A stretch of DNA of 64,000 nt from positions 1 to 64,000 of IMG/VR virus record IMGVR_UViG_3300009701_000001; one strand, given 5' to 3'. Numbering within the stretch: position 1 is the stretch's first letter; each line of letters begins with the position of its first letter. The notes beneath the pieces were generated by a model. The model ran no database searches and was not told the DNA's origin. It worked only from the letters and a program-made list of their open reading frames with translations. The translations under genes were made by a program, and so were the position numbers. This document shows positions 25,901 through 32,091 of this stretch, in pieces. Origin of the DNA: a virus.

Positions 25901-28006
25901 AAAGCTCTGGCCTACTGGATGGTAAAAGGCATCGCCACCCATCCAGCAATGGCTTTGAATGCTGAGGCTATTGCCCGTGACTCAGGATTACCATTACAAG
26001 CAGATCCACAGGTTGATGCTAACAAGATTGAAGATATTGATTCGCTGGTTTCGTTATATGCTATTCATTATTCAGATCAGAAACATCTAAACCAAGCTGC
26101 CAATGTAATGGGTAAAGAATTAGCTCGTGGCAAGGATAATGGTATTGGGATGTTGATGGGTACCCATCGTGCACTGTCTACGGATGCTGCCTCTACCTTA
26201 TTCTCATCCAACCCATTATCTATTCAGAAAGGTTATACCCCAGAGGTGACAAATCCTTACCATGATGTGAAGATTATGTCCCGTGCTGAGGCGGTGGAAT
26301 CAGGTCTGGCTGCTTTAGGCTATCAAGAGGTATCAGAGGTGCACCCTGATCCAAATGTAGTTGGAGGTACAACCAGAGTAATGTATGTCACCAAAGATAG
26401 CGGTTATCAACGTATGGTGTCTGGTTCAATGAGCTTTACTGGTTTACAACGTAAAGGCTCAGATGCAATTAACGGATACACTGATGCAGCTGGCAATGAC
26501 GTATCAAGAGCACAGGCTAAACAAACAGCCATTAAAAATGTTGTTGATCAAGTTAACCAGATGAATCATGCAACCTTTAATCCTGAGACAGTTAAAGTAA
26601 ACCATATGGTTCCTGTACTGGATACAGCCGGTCACATCATGGACTTCCGTTACACAATGGAACAATCCAACCGTGACACGTTGTTAGATCGTAATAATGA
26701 CTTTGCTGACCTGCTTGGAACGTATGCTGGGCAGTCTATTGATAAGCAACAGTCACCAAAACAAAACCAAGTTGTTCTGGATGCAGCCTATGAAGACTAC
26801 TCCAACAACTATAAGTTAAACCCGGATGCATACATGCATATTGGCCCACAAGCTGCCACTGAACGCGGAAGAGAGATTTGGGCAATGCTGCCTCAAGACT
26901 CCAAGCAACATGCTGCTCAACAGTGGGGAGATGGTAATGGTATGTATATCAGGAATGACTTAGTGAACCTGACTTTTGGTTTCCGTAAGTACTCATTGGG
27001 TGAGATGTTTGATAAGGATCAAGACCAAAGGAACTTCGTAGAGTCAATGCTTACTAGCACACTTGAGGGGATCTTAGGGGTCAATGCCAAGGCTTACACT
27101 GTTAAAACTCAACGAGGTGTACATGAACTTATGAGCCTGTTCAAAGATATTGTAGTCGTTAGAAACGTTAAGACCTTAGTAGGAAACCAGATTTCCAACT
27201 CAGCAATCTTAACGGCATACGGTGTGTCACCAGTGGATAACGTTAAGTGGTCTAAAGAGGCGTTACAGTCTGGGATTTCGTACAGGAAAAACATGGCCCT
27301 TATCCTGAAATATCAGGCAATGCAGCGTGCTGGTGTAGGTGATTCCAATGTACTAGATCAACAGATTTTACAAGTCCAAGATCAGATTAATCGTAACCCA
27401 CTAAAAGAGTTTATAGAGCGTGGAGCAATGCCAACTATTGTTGAGGATCTCTCGTCTGACTCCGGTGATTACACCTATGCTTCCAGTTTGAAAGCACGAG
27501 TTAAACCTTTAACAAATGCCATTCCTGATCCAGTAAAAACTCTGGTCAGATATGCAACAGTTGCTAAAGATACTCCGCATTATAAGTTCTTACATGATGC
27601 TACTGGCTTTAGTGATTTTATGGCTAAGTACGTTCTGTACAAACATGCTACGGAGAAAGCACGTACTAAACTGGATAATGATGCAGCATTCCAAATTGCT
27701 TCGGATGCATTCGTTAACTACGATATTCCTTCTACCCGTTTACGTCAGTTTGCTGATGATACTGGTTTGATGATGTTTACCAAATATCGTATCAGGGTGC
27801 AGCGTGCAATGTTCCATCTGTTAGGGGAACGTCCAGGATCTGCAATGGCACAAGCTGTGTTTATGGCTCGCTTCACAAACCAAGAATCAGCATTATCACC
27901 ATTCTTTATGCTGAACTTAGGTAATCCGTTGAAGAGTTCAATCTTCCAGATGCCGGGAGCAATTCTACAACCATTCCCAATCCAGTTGGTCAGTGCAGTG
28001 ATGTAA
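16913..28006 (+). CDS. virion-encapsidated giant RNA polymerase (vRNAP, N4 gp50 homologue)
   Basis: One uninterrupted 3,697-codon ORF. Its central region carries T7-like single-subunit RNAP motifs. Motif A is LSIGGESDGITNG (Asp codon 1746, nt 22148); compare T7 DGSCSGIQH. Motif B is RSGAKPVVTKTNYGAGE (Lys 1836 and Tyr 1844, the same 8-residue spacing as T7 K631/Y639). Motif C is AYNFHDSNG (Asp 2107, nt 23231); compare T7 HDSFG. Confidence 0.95.
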   Translation: MADTRLSQYLNGTAFASMPAQQQPASQAVPSSAKQADVESAVDRITSNFAATGNFPTLDGEILRIQDQKAQRATAVSDFEKAGGTGYLQNANLESADPWTRYPSRLANIAQGVADGINKLNVSAGNAGNFTRNLISDALVPQSDADAFQRSQDRNASVQANLQNATALKGMAAFEGQPGAYDDQAQAQAIQAAATPQISEADQATLGRTIRPFNYMAQGGLGQTTVGAALSKLAGNPGEGEAAPANIANPLFVDRASKEAEEAGKGKTGISKLASMSAAYLSNPLAVAQGMAESVPYMVGGIPGMIASSGLYGLDVAQQATRNLQKNDGSVLPSAANVATGLALGTVDAGLNFAEAGINRLGLVGRSVGRSALSPVTNALADTGASRAASRLAQAAASTPAGRIAATATAPVLNAAEHVATNAITEGLVSGAQNQIEQQYAKGKTDWDSQGNALAFAQGAATAAGFSAPGIARQGAVAARDAAANKVNAANSDSAKLSQTAQTNSFEDLTNPQSDSYNPAAAVRKQADVFRNPEATADDHKAATDAVVDYVGNLQQTLPIIKQYQDAHVEAQGVVDDAQNKLTQLQDEASTLSDPEAKLKNVSDVQSAKAELAAAQDKISQMPPVEALNTLSDQYTQALEQVQPELERFDRVSGQAKTDAQTKTENVDTLTQPEEATTPAQQTTAARDVTSYPMKYSPEQLRTIADNPPANMNESQVNVVRSVADAREAVSEIKDQKGVTRSIIKDSNGADLSLPDYLTNFATAVRTNNTKRQDQLSTAMTNFEQSHVQKADALREAFDAVKGQKGKTVQVYKDESGNWNVNPDKKVKAASSIDVHLNSNKSNGGLGLIDRVAKEAQAITATRKAMEAMQNVDASAQPTATANATQSSSPRTTADLSNLGFTPDQVSNMTDADAQRIYNPQAEASAETTNPQAKPEDAVVQAQADAPVINPTRPISNSEIRAMDEPTVQKHLATMQEAAMDNNNPTIRDNFNRLDSELTRRSDAAERMTQNIDRPNRNVVDNLNPTKQATQTVDEAVKQESKNTQNETVTNEENNDSAEPSVLTAEDTLDSNPLIASKVELSPKPEGQISTLASNEGRDAERAKPATKQNLLVSNFVQAVRKGSPNPLVMVKDFASSMLKPALASGQFTDINRMLASLVHKGHAASKAQVDLLKGFNTFNDKLRPLIEASLKAKQDVTTQRGNNYADFKYQDLMQFMMTDNNGKTDLDENVKTAIAAAAFSHIAENASGSMYKSRKQFAAQFGIQDEASVPTSLYNRLSDAGDNAQALAQDIGRKAYQMLGFKLADNKVDPNQANKLQVALGAYTLRAMEDAGLMERTTISKAELFGLTNSNVDANTYVRNFIDEAKANNGNLPASRDTLPNPAKVDRALQTELRGILSAKPTSSAGASTAPVSYVRFKSEVNPETGLLKPSAEVAAIPALSKGTEGLLSKLFSFEPNKTDPSLVAPKEHRTNTFGDFNQEIPSEAKDRLNKMDRQANGINEPIHKAFQNALASNYAGQFMRILGMKDLNSGDLAYAHKSIKKSQEAKNKQLETSVEDAMGFISRLTPDVNGRLQNFYLPTAMWSNQRVGIAANTMNPQANKVHRILSGLRAFDTVVDTTEGNFNTDGSPTRLGLAKAVIAQGMEEVPFGNYVDLGGRSKLPTIDKVNMSTYLPYFDQYVQQPHVQRAIQGMNALVEGTPSRTDMDAIETAVSEFGMGPQSLSALHSLSLIDKGGKATLSIGGESDGITNGPMITQLLFGTGDTELLAKGGMYTADAPYNDMIDYRNAQKGDLYETFGNAQKESLQGVLAESPNLVPVMNALNNLNPSFGNRSGAKPVVTKTNYGAGENSVRTATAEETETAMYKTISNIANRLGQGDKAGASEIAKKFMGNVRRATGDTTFTIPSDLEALQNFDIPRKTLSALYEAESQTRGEASVRALNNMFPEYQDTRSKMTVIAKAAFTLSEVLNNRKAQLALNAAVKDGSIPTTAAGNPISGLTVEQIRNLDKAQQSYQPVIESSMGAMSSNPGDSGYMAAKSGKTYGDVASRNEVKVEFAKGGSRTNFEAYPSTAGRTDPGVSMSAMVVQGTDANVATKVSANLPAYNFHDSNGMSIQHVVQGAQLQNKSLFEAVRDYNVGEAFENALVRTVKGVADSANARELTADDSKKIKSAMSDLARGLGLHPSTRPAQVMEAVSKFAMITDASKLKLMQQLTKYGQYGFEGGTYHVPQKDLNDLGKRHAALRASYQDRLAAARESVKGSQVLSPKAEAAPSNVTAMPEGKVRKTLSQVLSANEAGTTTIGDLMTLVSSHLPEGNKPSTVMAKELTSVIQQIVPKDLKVNLLNEFSNDSAVLDAPQNGNSRAWFMPTKTGGQINIRTEGVTPEVVLHEALHAATAHVLDAARQDPKKYPQATEALSNLETLLGHVQDKLKMDSTDTQNQFSHAIANVDELVSWGLTNPEFQHYLSQMTGLPMGNRNLSILPTGLRNFVTNVLNALHGFLGIKTNGKTITGLEALLMDSASVLAQANTTPYFDGASLQMANAANQVGKYTHKELFDSLGSSTNGSHNSPQFKARIGGLMQDVSDKLYSVIGGSQITGDSSTNYTPGQVWGEALTTGKAPFTTKALGAGFRMSDQEAFAIEAIETTVGHTLNSAFGTAEGRELRKAWEAARKNIKPEDFLTGSVANATATEKALAQKQWDHLFTIKDVGPADLNNYLAHFAAMGLGHEQTSNMLKFPANDAVTKGKHDYSNFEKVAGYFNHAVDWVSGRLSNTNVGENIDTKLPILIRQMTEIDLKNRDKSTDKLGATLESIQHGADKISDGLKAAAAKFGNAKGIADSSITPVRALAGISKLAGEGKMNQLTNVIQNMRDTVYPSKANGEIMSILNESTVPSKVRSAAERLNRLTGNIEQQRQRFAGSVTSTINEMFENKGKDLTQDDRTSLTYSLLRTDAHSLLNNYSFTDIHQFLTDAPARQKAMADMQKQVMTLPNGDVKVARAKALAYWMVKGIATHPAMALNAEAIARDSGLPLQADPQVDANKIEDIDSLVSLYAIHYSDQKHLNQAANVMGKELARGKDNGIGMLMGTHRALSTDAASTLFSSNPLSIQKGYTPEVTNPYHDVKIMSRAEAVESGLAALGYQEVSEVHPDPNVVGGTTRVMYVTKDSGYQRMVSGSMSFTGLQRKGSDAINGYTDAAGNDVSRAQAKQTAIKNVVDQVNQMNHATFNPETVKVNHMVPVLDTAGHIMDFRYTMEQSNRDTLLDRNNDFADLLGTYAGQSIDKQQSPKQNQVVLDAAYEDYSNNYKLNPDAYMHIGPQAATERGREIWAMLPQDSKQHAAQQWGDGNGMYIRNDLVNLTFGFRKYSLGEMFDKDQDQRNFVESMLTSTLEGILGVNAKAYTVKTQRGVHELMSLFKDIVVVRNVKTLVGNQISNSAILTAYGVSPVDNVKWSKEALQSGISYRKNMALILKYQAMQRAGVGDSNVLDQQILQVQDQINRNPLKEFIERGAMPTIVEDLSSDSGDYTYASSLKARVKPLTNAIPDPVKTLVRYATVAKDTPHYKFLHDATGFSDFMAKYVLYKHATEKARTKLDNDAAFQIASDAFVNYDIPSTRLRQFADDTGLMMFTKYRIRVQRAMFHLLGERPGSAMAQAVFMARFTNQESALSPFFMLNLGNPLKSSIFQMPGAILQPFPIQLVSAVM

Positions 28007-28011
28007 ATGAA

Positions 28012-28040
28012 GAAGCCCTCAAATTACGAGGGCTTTTTTA
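28012..28040 (+). terminator. intrinsic terminator after the vRNAP gene
   Basis: GAAGCCCTC-aaattac-GAGGGCTT followed by TTTTTAC, starting 6 nt after the stop codon. Confidence 0.75.
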
Positions 28041-28212
28041 CAAGCTTCCAACCGGGAGGTACAATTCGGGATTTGCGTACTTCACTACCGCCCAAGTTCA
28101 TAATTAAACTGGCTTTCTTTGGTGAGATCCCATGCACTGTATAGGAATGCCCATTAGGACATTGCCAAACTTCCTTAAGCCCAAACTTTTGCTCTGGCAT
28201 AATTATACCCAA
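28024..28212 (-). CDS. small hypothetical protein (62 aa) bracketed by two hairpins
   Basis: Track ORF. Its 3' end lies inside the vRNAP terminator stem and its 5' end abuts the 28216-28238 hairpin. Contains CPNGH...H. No clear SD. Could be non-coding. Confidence 0.3.
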   Translation of the reverse strand: MGIIMPEQKFGLKEVWQCPNGHSYTVHGISPKKASLIMNLGGSEVRKSRIVPPGWKLVKKPS

Positions 28213-28246
28213 TAAAAAGCCCTCATTTAGAGGGCTTTGTTTTTTC
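28211..28246. terminator. bidirectional hairpin terminator
   Basis: AAAGCCCTC-attta-GAGGGCTTT, flanked by GTTTTTT on + and TTTTTATT on -. Confidence 0.55.
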
Positions 28247-28393
28247 CAATGCTTCGTAAATTACAGCACCTATGAGAATACCCACAGATACTACGACAAA
28301 AAGGAATGATCCAAATTTGAAGATTAACCAGCAAATGGGAACTAAAATAAATGCAAGTAACATCCCAACAACCCCACTAATTAATCCTCTCAT
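28223..28393 (-). CDS. unannotated 56-aa two-helix membrane protein
   Basis: Below the track's size cutoff. ATG at 28393 with AAGGA 6-7 nt upstream. It reads MRGLISGVVGMLLAFILVPICWLIFKFGSFLFVVVSVGILIGAVIYEALEKTKPSK. The stop TGA sits inside the hairpin stem. Confidence 0.45.
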   Translation of the reverse strand: MRGLISGVVGMLLAFILVPICWLIFKFGSFLFVVVSVGILIGAVIYEALEKTKPSK

Positions 28394-28402
28394 TGTTTAT
28401 CC

Positions 28403-29080
28403 TTAGTCGAATTTATCGAATGGGTTATCATTGATAGCTGGCTCAGAGAAACCTTCTTTACTGGTTCCTGTGACTTGAGTCACTTCAACTTCGTTATTAC
28501 CAAATAGATTTTCTTCTACGTTTTGAGCTGGATCTGCATCGTTCTGCAAAGCAAAAGGATCTGCTTTGTCAGCATCCGTAGCTGGTTCTGGGGCATCCTC
28601 GAAAGAAGCAAATGGGTTATCATTTACATTCACGTCTGCACTATCCAGATCTGGTTCTACAACCTCAATCGGTTTGGCTTCTTCAACAGGATTGTTATCC
28701 ACTTCAAAAGGAGGTTTATCCTCCTCTTCTTTTTCAGTGGAATCAGAAGCGGCAGCGTTATCTGCTTCGATCTGTTCCTTCGTGCGACGAGAACGTTTAC
28801 GTTTACTGGTTCCAGTATCGTCGCTCTCAGCCTGTTTAACAGCTGCGGTACCCACAGTGGATTTCTCAGTAACTGGTTTATCAGTATGACCAGATACCAG
28901 ATCGGTTGCATCGAACAGTTGATCATCGGGTTCTTCTTCGATACCGAATTGAGCAACCAGTTCATTATTCAAATAACCCAAGCTTACTGATACCGGTGTA
29001 TCTTCGGTAAGGTTCAGTTTGGTACGAATAACTTCAACCAGATGGTCACGAACTTCCAAATTATTAACGATTACGATCAT
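28403..29080 (-). CDS. acidic, largely disordered protein with repeated (D/N)PF motifs
   Basis: 225 aa. Compact N-terminal ~50 aa, a basic patch TSKRKRSRRTK, then a D/E/P-rich tail containing VNDNPFASFED, KADPFALQND, ENLFGNN and a C-terminal NDNPFDKFD. Confidence 0.6.
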   Translation of the reverse strand: MIVIVNNLEVRDHLVEVIRTKLNLTEDTPVSVSLGYLNNELVAQFGIEEEPDDQLFDATDLVSGHTDKPVTEKSTVGTAAVKQAESDDTGTSKRKRSRRTKEQIEADNAAASDSTEKEEEDKPPFEVDNNPVEEAKPIEVVEPDLDSADVNVNDNPFASFEDAPEPATDADKADPFALQNDADPAQNVEENLFGNNEVEVTQVTGTSKEGFSEPAINDNPFDKFD

Positions 29081-29670
29081 TACATTATTCCTTTTCTGGC
29101 TTGAACCAGAAGTTTAAAGTTGTCTGTTTTCATTGAAGCGTAAATTGCAGCTACAGCATCAGCCATATGCTCTGCCTTACCTTCAATAACTCGTGTCTCA
29201 CCCTTCTGGGTTATCATAGGCCAATTTGCATCAGGATGTTTTGCCATAGCCCACTCAATAGCTTCACGCTTAGTGGCTCTTGGCTTACCTGTGATTACCG
29301 TTCTGGTTTCATTAGCATTGACTTGGATAACAGGGATAGAGCCTGAGACATACACTCCAAGGATCCCCTGACAGATACCTGCCAGTAACGCTGCACGAGA
29401 GTTTTGAGATCCACTGGGTACTTCGGCACAGATAACATCTGCTACCTTCGCCCAAGGTGCAACGCCTTCAATTAAGGCTAATGCACGTTGTATGTCTTTA
29501 CTACTCTGCCTTACGGCTTTAGAGCCATCCAGTTCGGGTGAGACAATCGCGAGACTAAGGAGTTTCAATTCCCCAGTTAAAACGTTATAAGTTGCTGCGG
29601 CTTGCCCCCAGTTACTACCAGAGGGATCCCAACCTACGATGTTAATTAACGGGTTTGCCACTTTCCGCAT
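29080..29670 (-). CDS. RuvC-like Holliday-junction resolvase (RNase H fold)
   Basis: 196 aa. N-terminal INIVGWDPSGS (first catalytic Asp), ICAEVPSGSQNSRA (Glu), C-terminal GKAEHMADAVAAIYA (His/Asp). Order and spacing fit RuvC-family nucleases. Confidence 0.65.
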   Translation of the reverse strand: MRKVANPLINIVGWDPSGSNWGQAAATYNVLTGELKLLSLAIVSPELDGSKAVRQSSKDIQRALALIEGVAPWAKVADVICAEVPSGSQNSRAALLAGICQGILGVYVSGSIPVIQVNANETRTVITGKPRATKREAIEWAMAKHPDANWPMITQKGETRVIEGKAEHMADAVAAIYASMKTDNFKLLVQARKGIM

Positions 29671-29932
29671 CTACCTTAACTGCCGTGAAAGGCAGTTCAC
29701 CAATTTGAGTAATGGCGAATTCAATACCGGCAAGGAAGCAATCACGTTCACGACCTTCCAGTACTTCTATTTCACCCTTGGGATCAAGACGTACCGTCAG
29801 TGGAACCTCAGTTGGGAGATGACGAGCAGTCATGAGATTGTTCATGATGTTCACATACCAAACATTAACCCAGCGTACTAACTGGTCAATAGTTAAAGGT
29901 TTATCACCCAGTTTCTTTTCTTTGTCGCTCAT
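29642..29932 (-). CDS. hypothetical protein
   Basis: 96-aa ORF packed between the SSB candidate and the resolvase. Overlaps the resolvase start by 29 nt. Confidence 0.45.
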   Translation of the reverse strand: MSDKEKKLGDKPLTIDQLVRWVNVWYVNIMNNLMTARHLPTEVPLTVRLDPKGEIEVLEGRERDCFLAGIEFAITQIGELPFTAVKVDAESGKPVN

Positions 29933-29989
29933 TACTACCTCTGGTTTAGAGTTAAAACTACAGGGCCATTAAGACCCTGTAAGGTACCA

Positions 29990-30754
29990 TTACATGAATG
30001 GGTTATCAGCTGGTGGTGCAGAACCTTCACCAGAAGTTGCAGAACTTCCAGCAGCAAACTGCCCCGTAGGTGCACCAGAAGAACCCTGTACTTTTCTAAC
30101 CCAGTTATCAACTTGACCTTCGTACTTAGCTTTCCAGTCTTTGATGAATGAGCCTTCGGTTGCACCGGCACGGATTTCAGTTTCAGTACAGGAATCACGG
30201 AAACGGAAAACCTTATCCAGTACGTTTACACTTACGATGTCTGCCGTATTTACGTAGACATTTTCCTGGTTTTTAACACGCTTATTTTGTTCGCGTAACA
30301 GGATACCCGCTTTGAATTGTTTGCCTACAATATCCACCAACATCAATACTTCGGTAGGGATATCTTTTTTATCTTTGTAGCTGTACACATTGATAACTTT
30401 CTTTTCCATACGCTGAGATTTGATAGCCTTACCATCAGTAAGCAAACACAAAGCATTCATGGTCAGGAAGGATGACATGACTTTCATCTCACCTGTTTTT
30501 GAATCTTTGTACTCGTTTTCACCAGCAGCATTACTGATATAGACGCTTTCTTTATACGTCTTATTATCTGGCGTTGTTGCTTCGAGATTAACTGCCCATG
30601 CACCTTTTTCAGATTGGGTCAGGTAAAGCAACTTAACAGTCAGATCGTAAACATTGCTTGGCAGAGGGGTAAACTTACTACCACCGAGTGTGTCAGCATC
30701 GACAGCAGTTTTTGAGTCATATTTCATTTTGCCAAACGGGTTTAAATCGGTCAT
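29990..30754 (-). CDS. single-stranded DNA-binding protein candidate (N4 gp45 type)
   Basis: 254 aa at the position of N4 SSB, next to the gp44-like ATPase. Gly/Ser/Ala-rich linker (GSSGAPTGQFAAGSSATSGEGSAPP) ends in an acidic-aromatic tip ADNPFM, analogous to SSB and T7 gp2.5 C-terminal tails. No OB-fold motif recognised by eye. Confidence 0.5.
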   Translation of the reverse strand: MTDLNPFGKMKYDSKTAVDADTLGGSKFTPLPSNVYDLTVKLLYLTQSEKGAWAVNLEATTPDNKTYKESVYISNAAGENEYKDSKTGEMKVMSSFLTMNALCLLTDGKAIKSQRMEKKVINVYSYKDKKDIPTEVLMLVDIVGKQFKAGILLREQNKRVKNQENVYVNTADIVSVNVLDKVFRFRDSCTETEIRAGATEGSFIKDWKAKYEGQVDNWVRKVQGSSGAPTGQFAAGSSATSGEGSAPPADNPFM

Positions 30755-30776
30755 GATTTTCTCTCTTCTCTTTTAG

Positions 30777-31292
30777 TTAGCTACCATGATTCTCATGGAA
30801 GCCCAGTTCAATTAATTTTAGTCTTCTGGCTTCAAGTGCTTTCGACTGTTCGGTGAAAGACTTCTGGTAAACCTTCTTACCATCCATCGTTATTTCAGCT
30901 ACCCAACGATTACGTTTTTTGTTAAACCAAATACCTTGCATACCGGATACAGTATTTTTCATCTGTGCACGGTTACGCATGTTTTGAAGAAACGTAAGGT
31001 CATTCAGATTTGAGATCCTATTATCATCTCGCTTATGGTTAGCGTGGTCAATTTGACCAGCAGGCCATTTACGATGATAAAGGAACCAGCAAATAACATG
31101 TTCAGGGTATTTAACCCCGAACACAGTTACTTCACGGTAGCCTGTAGATTTGTGCAAATTACCTGCACGGCTACCGACCACAACGCGTTTACTATGATGC
31201 TTGCTACACCAAGTAAGAGTTCCAGTAATAGGATCATATTTGAGTACCATATCCACGATTTCGGGCGTTAAATCCGCCTTTGCTATCTTCAT
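30777..31292 (-). CDS. HNH homing endonuclease with C-terminal AP2 DNA-binding domain
   Basis: 171 aa. HNH core GQIDHANHKRDDNRISNL, then AP2-like GIWFNKKRNRWVAEITMDGKKVYQKSFTEQSKALEARR. Its ATG overlaps the stop of the upstream ATPase (ATGA). Confidence 0.8.
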   Translation of the reverse strand: MKIAKADLTPEIVDMVLKYDPITGTLTWCSKHHSKRVVVGSRAGNLHKSTGYREVTVFGVKYPEHVICWFLYHRKWPAGQIDHANHKRDDNRISNLNDLTFLQNMRNRAQMKNTVSGMQGIWFNKKRNRWVAEITMDGKKVYQKSFTEQSKALEARRLKLIELGFHENHGS

Positions 31293-32029
31293 GCATAATA
31301 TTGGTTCAGTCGGTCAAGGACTAACTGAGCATCATTATCGATGAAGGTTTCAGCATCTGTGAACAGATCTTCTGGTCCACGGATACGCTCATTTACCGTC
31401 TTCTCTGTGACCATAGTTTGGAATACGTGTTTGTACCCCAGCTTACGTTCACGATCAGTGATAGTTAACAAAGGGTTCGTGTACTCTTCCAAATCACGCA
31501 ATTGCACTTTTTTGGTTGAGATTACTTGGGAGAAATAGGATTCGATACCTTGGTTCTTCAAGGCTCCTTTAACCGGCACAAAGACTTCACGAACCATTTC
31601 GGTTTCGTTTACTTCATCTTTGGTATGGGCAAGGAAGATAACGTTCTTAGTAGATGTTGCTACCTGAACCTGCATCAGATTTTTAAAGGTCTGTGCAAAC
31701 TGACCCCACGCTTGTTGGGTATTGGCACTGGTGAGCACTAACTGGCTTTCTACCATGTCGAGCCAATAAGTAAGGCTATCCACAACGATGGTATGAATGT
31801 TCGCCTGCTCAGGTTTTTCTGCCCAGATAAAAGCGTTAGCTACCAGACGAAAGTCAGAAATAATGTGTTCTTTGAAACCAGATTTGAAAGGTAACTTTTT
31901 ACCTGACTCGCAGTTAAGATACAAAACACCAGACGGATTTTTCAGATTTTTTAACGCACGGGATTTACCCGTCGCTGACTTACCTACAATAAGTAGGAGC
32001 TTGTCATTTACAGTTTGGACTTGGCTCAT
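31289..32029 (-). CDS. AAA_24/Sak4-like RecA-fold ATPase (N4 gp44 position)
   Basis: 246 aa. Walker A LLIVGKSATGKSRA, Walker B HTIVVDSLTYW. Size and motif spacing are typical of phage AAA_24 nucleotide-binding proteins. Confidence 0.6.
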   Translation of the reverse strand: MSQVQTVNDKLLLIVGKSATGKSRALKNLKNPSGVLYLNCESGKKLPFKSGFKEHIISDFRLVANAFIWAEKPEQANIHTIVVDSLTYWLDMVESQLVLTSANTQQAWGQFAQTFKNLMQVQVATSTKNVIFLAHTKDEVNETEMVREVFVPVKGALKNQGIESYFSQVISTKKVQLRDLEEYTNPLLTITDRERKLGYKHVFQTMVTEKTVNERIRGPEDLFTDAETFIDNDAQLVLDRLNQYYA

Positions 32030-32091
32030 TACTACGCTCTCCTATAGATGCCCCAAGATCGAGGCATCCCAGAAACATGCCCGGAGGGGCA

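Noticed and set aside
28523-28990. Four overlapping ORFs (28523..28990, 28566..28889, 28612..28839 on +; 28657..28965 on -)
   Set aside because: They are artefacts of the low-complexity, stop-poor DNA encoding the acidic D/E/P-rich protein. Only the 28403..29080 frame has a start context and joins its neighbours without gaps.
29935-30198. 87-aa - strand ORF overlapping the 3' end of the SSB candidate
   Set aside because: It is an out-of-frame overlap with a gene that has a clear C-terminal tail motif, and it has no independent start signals.
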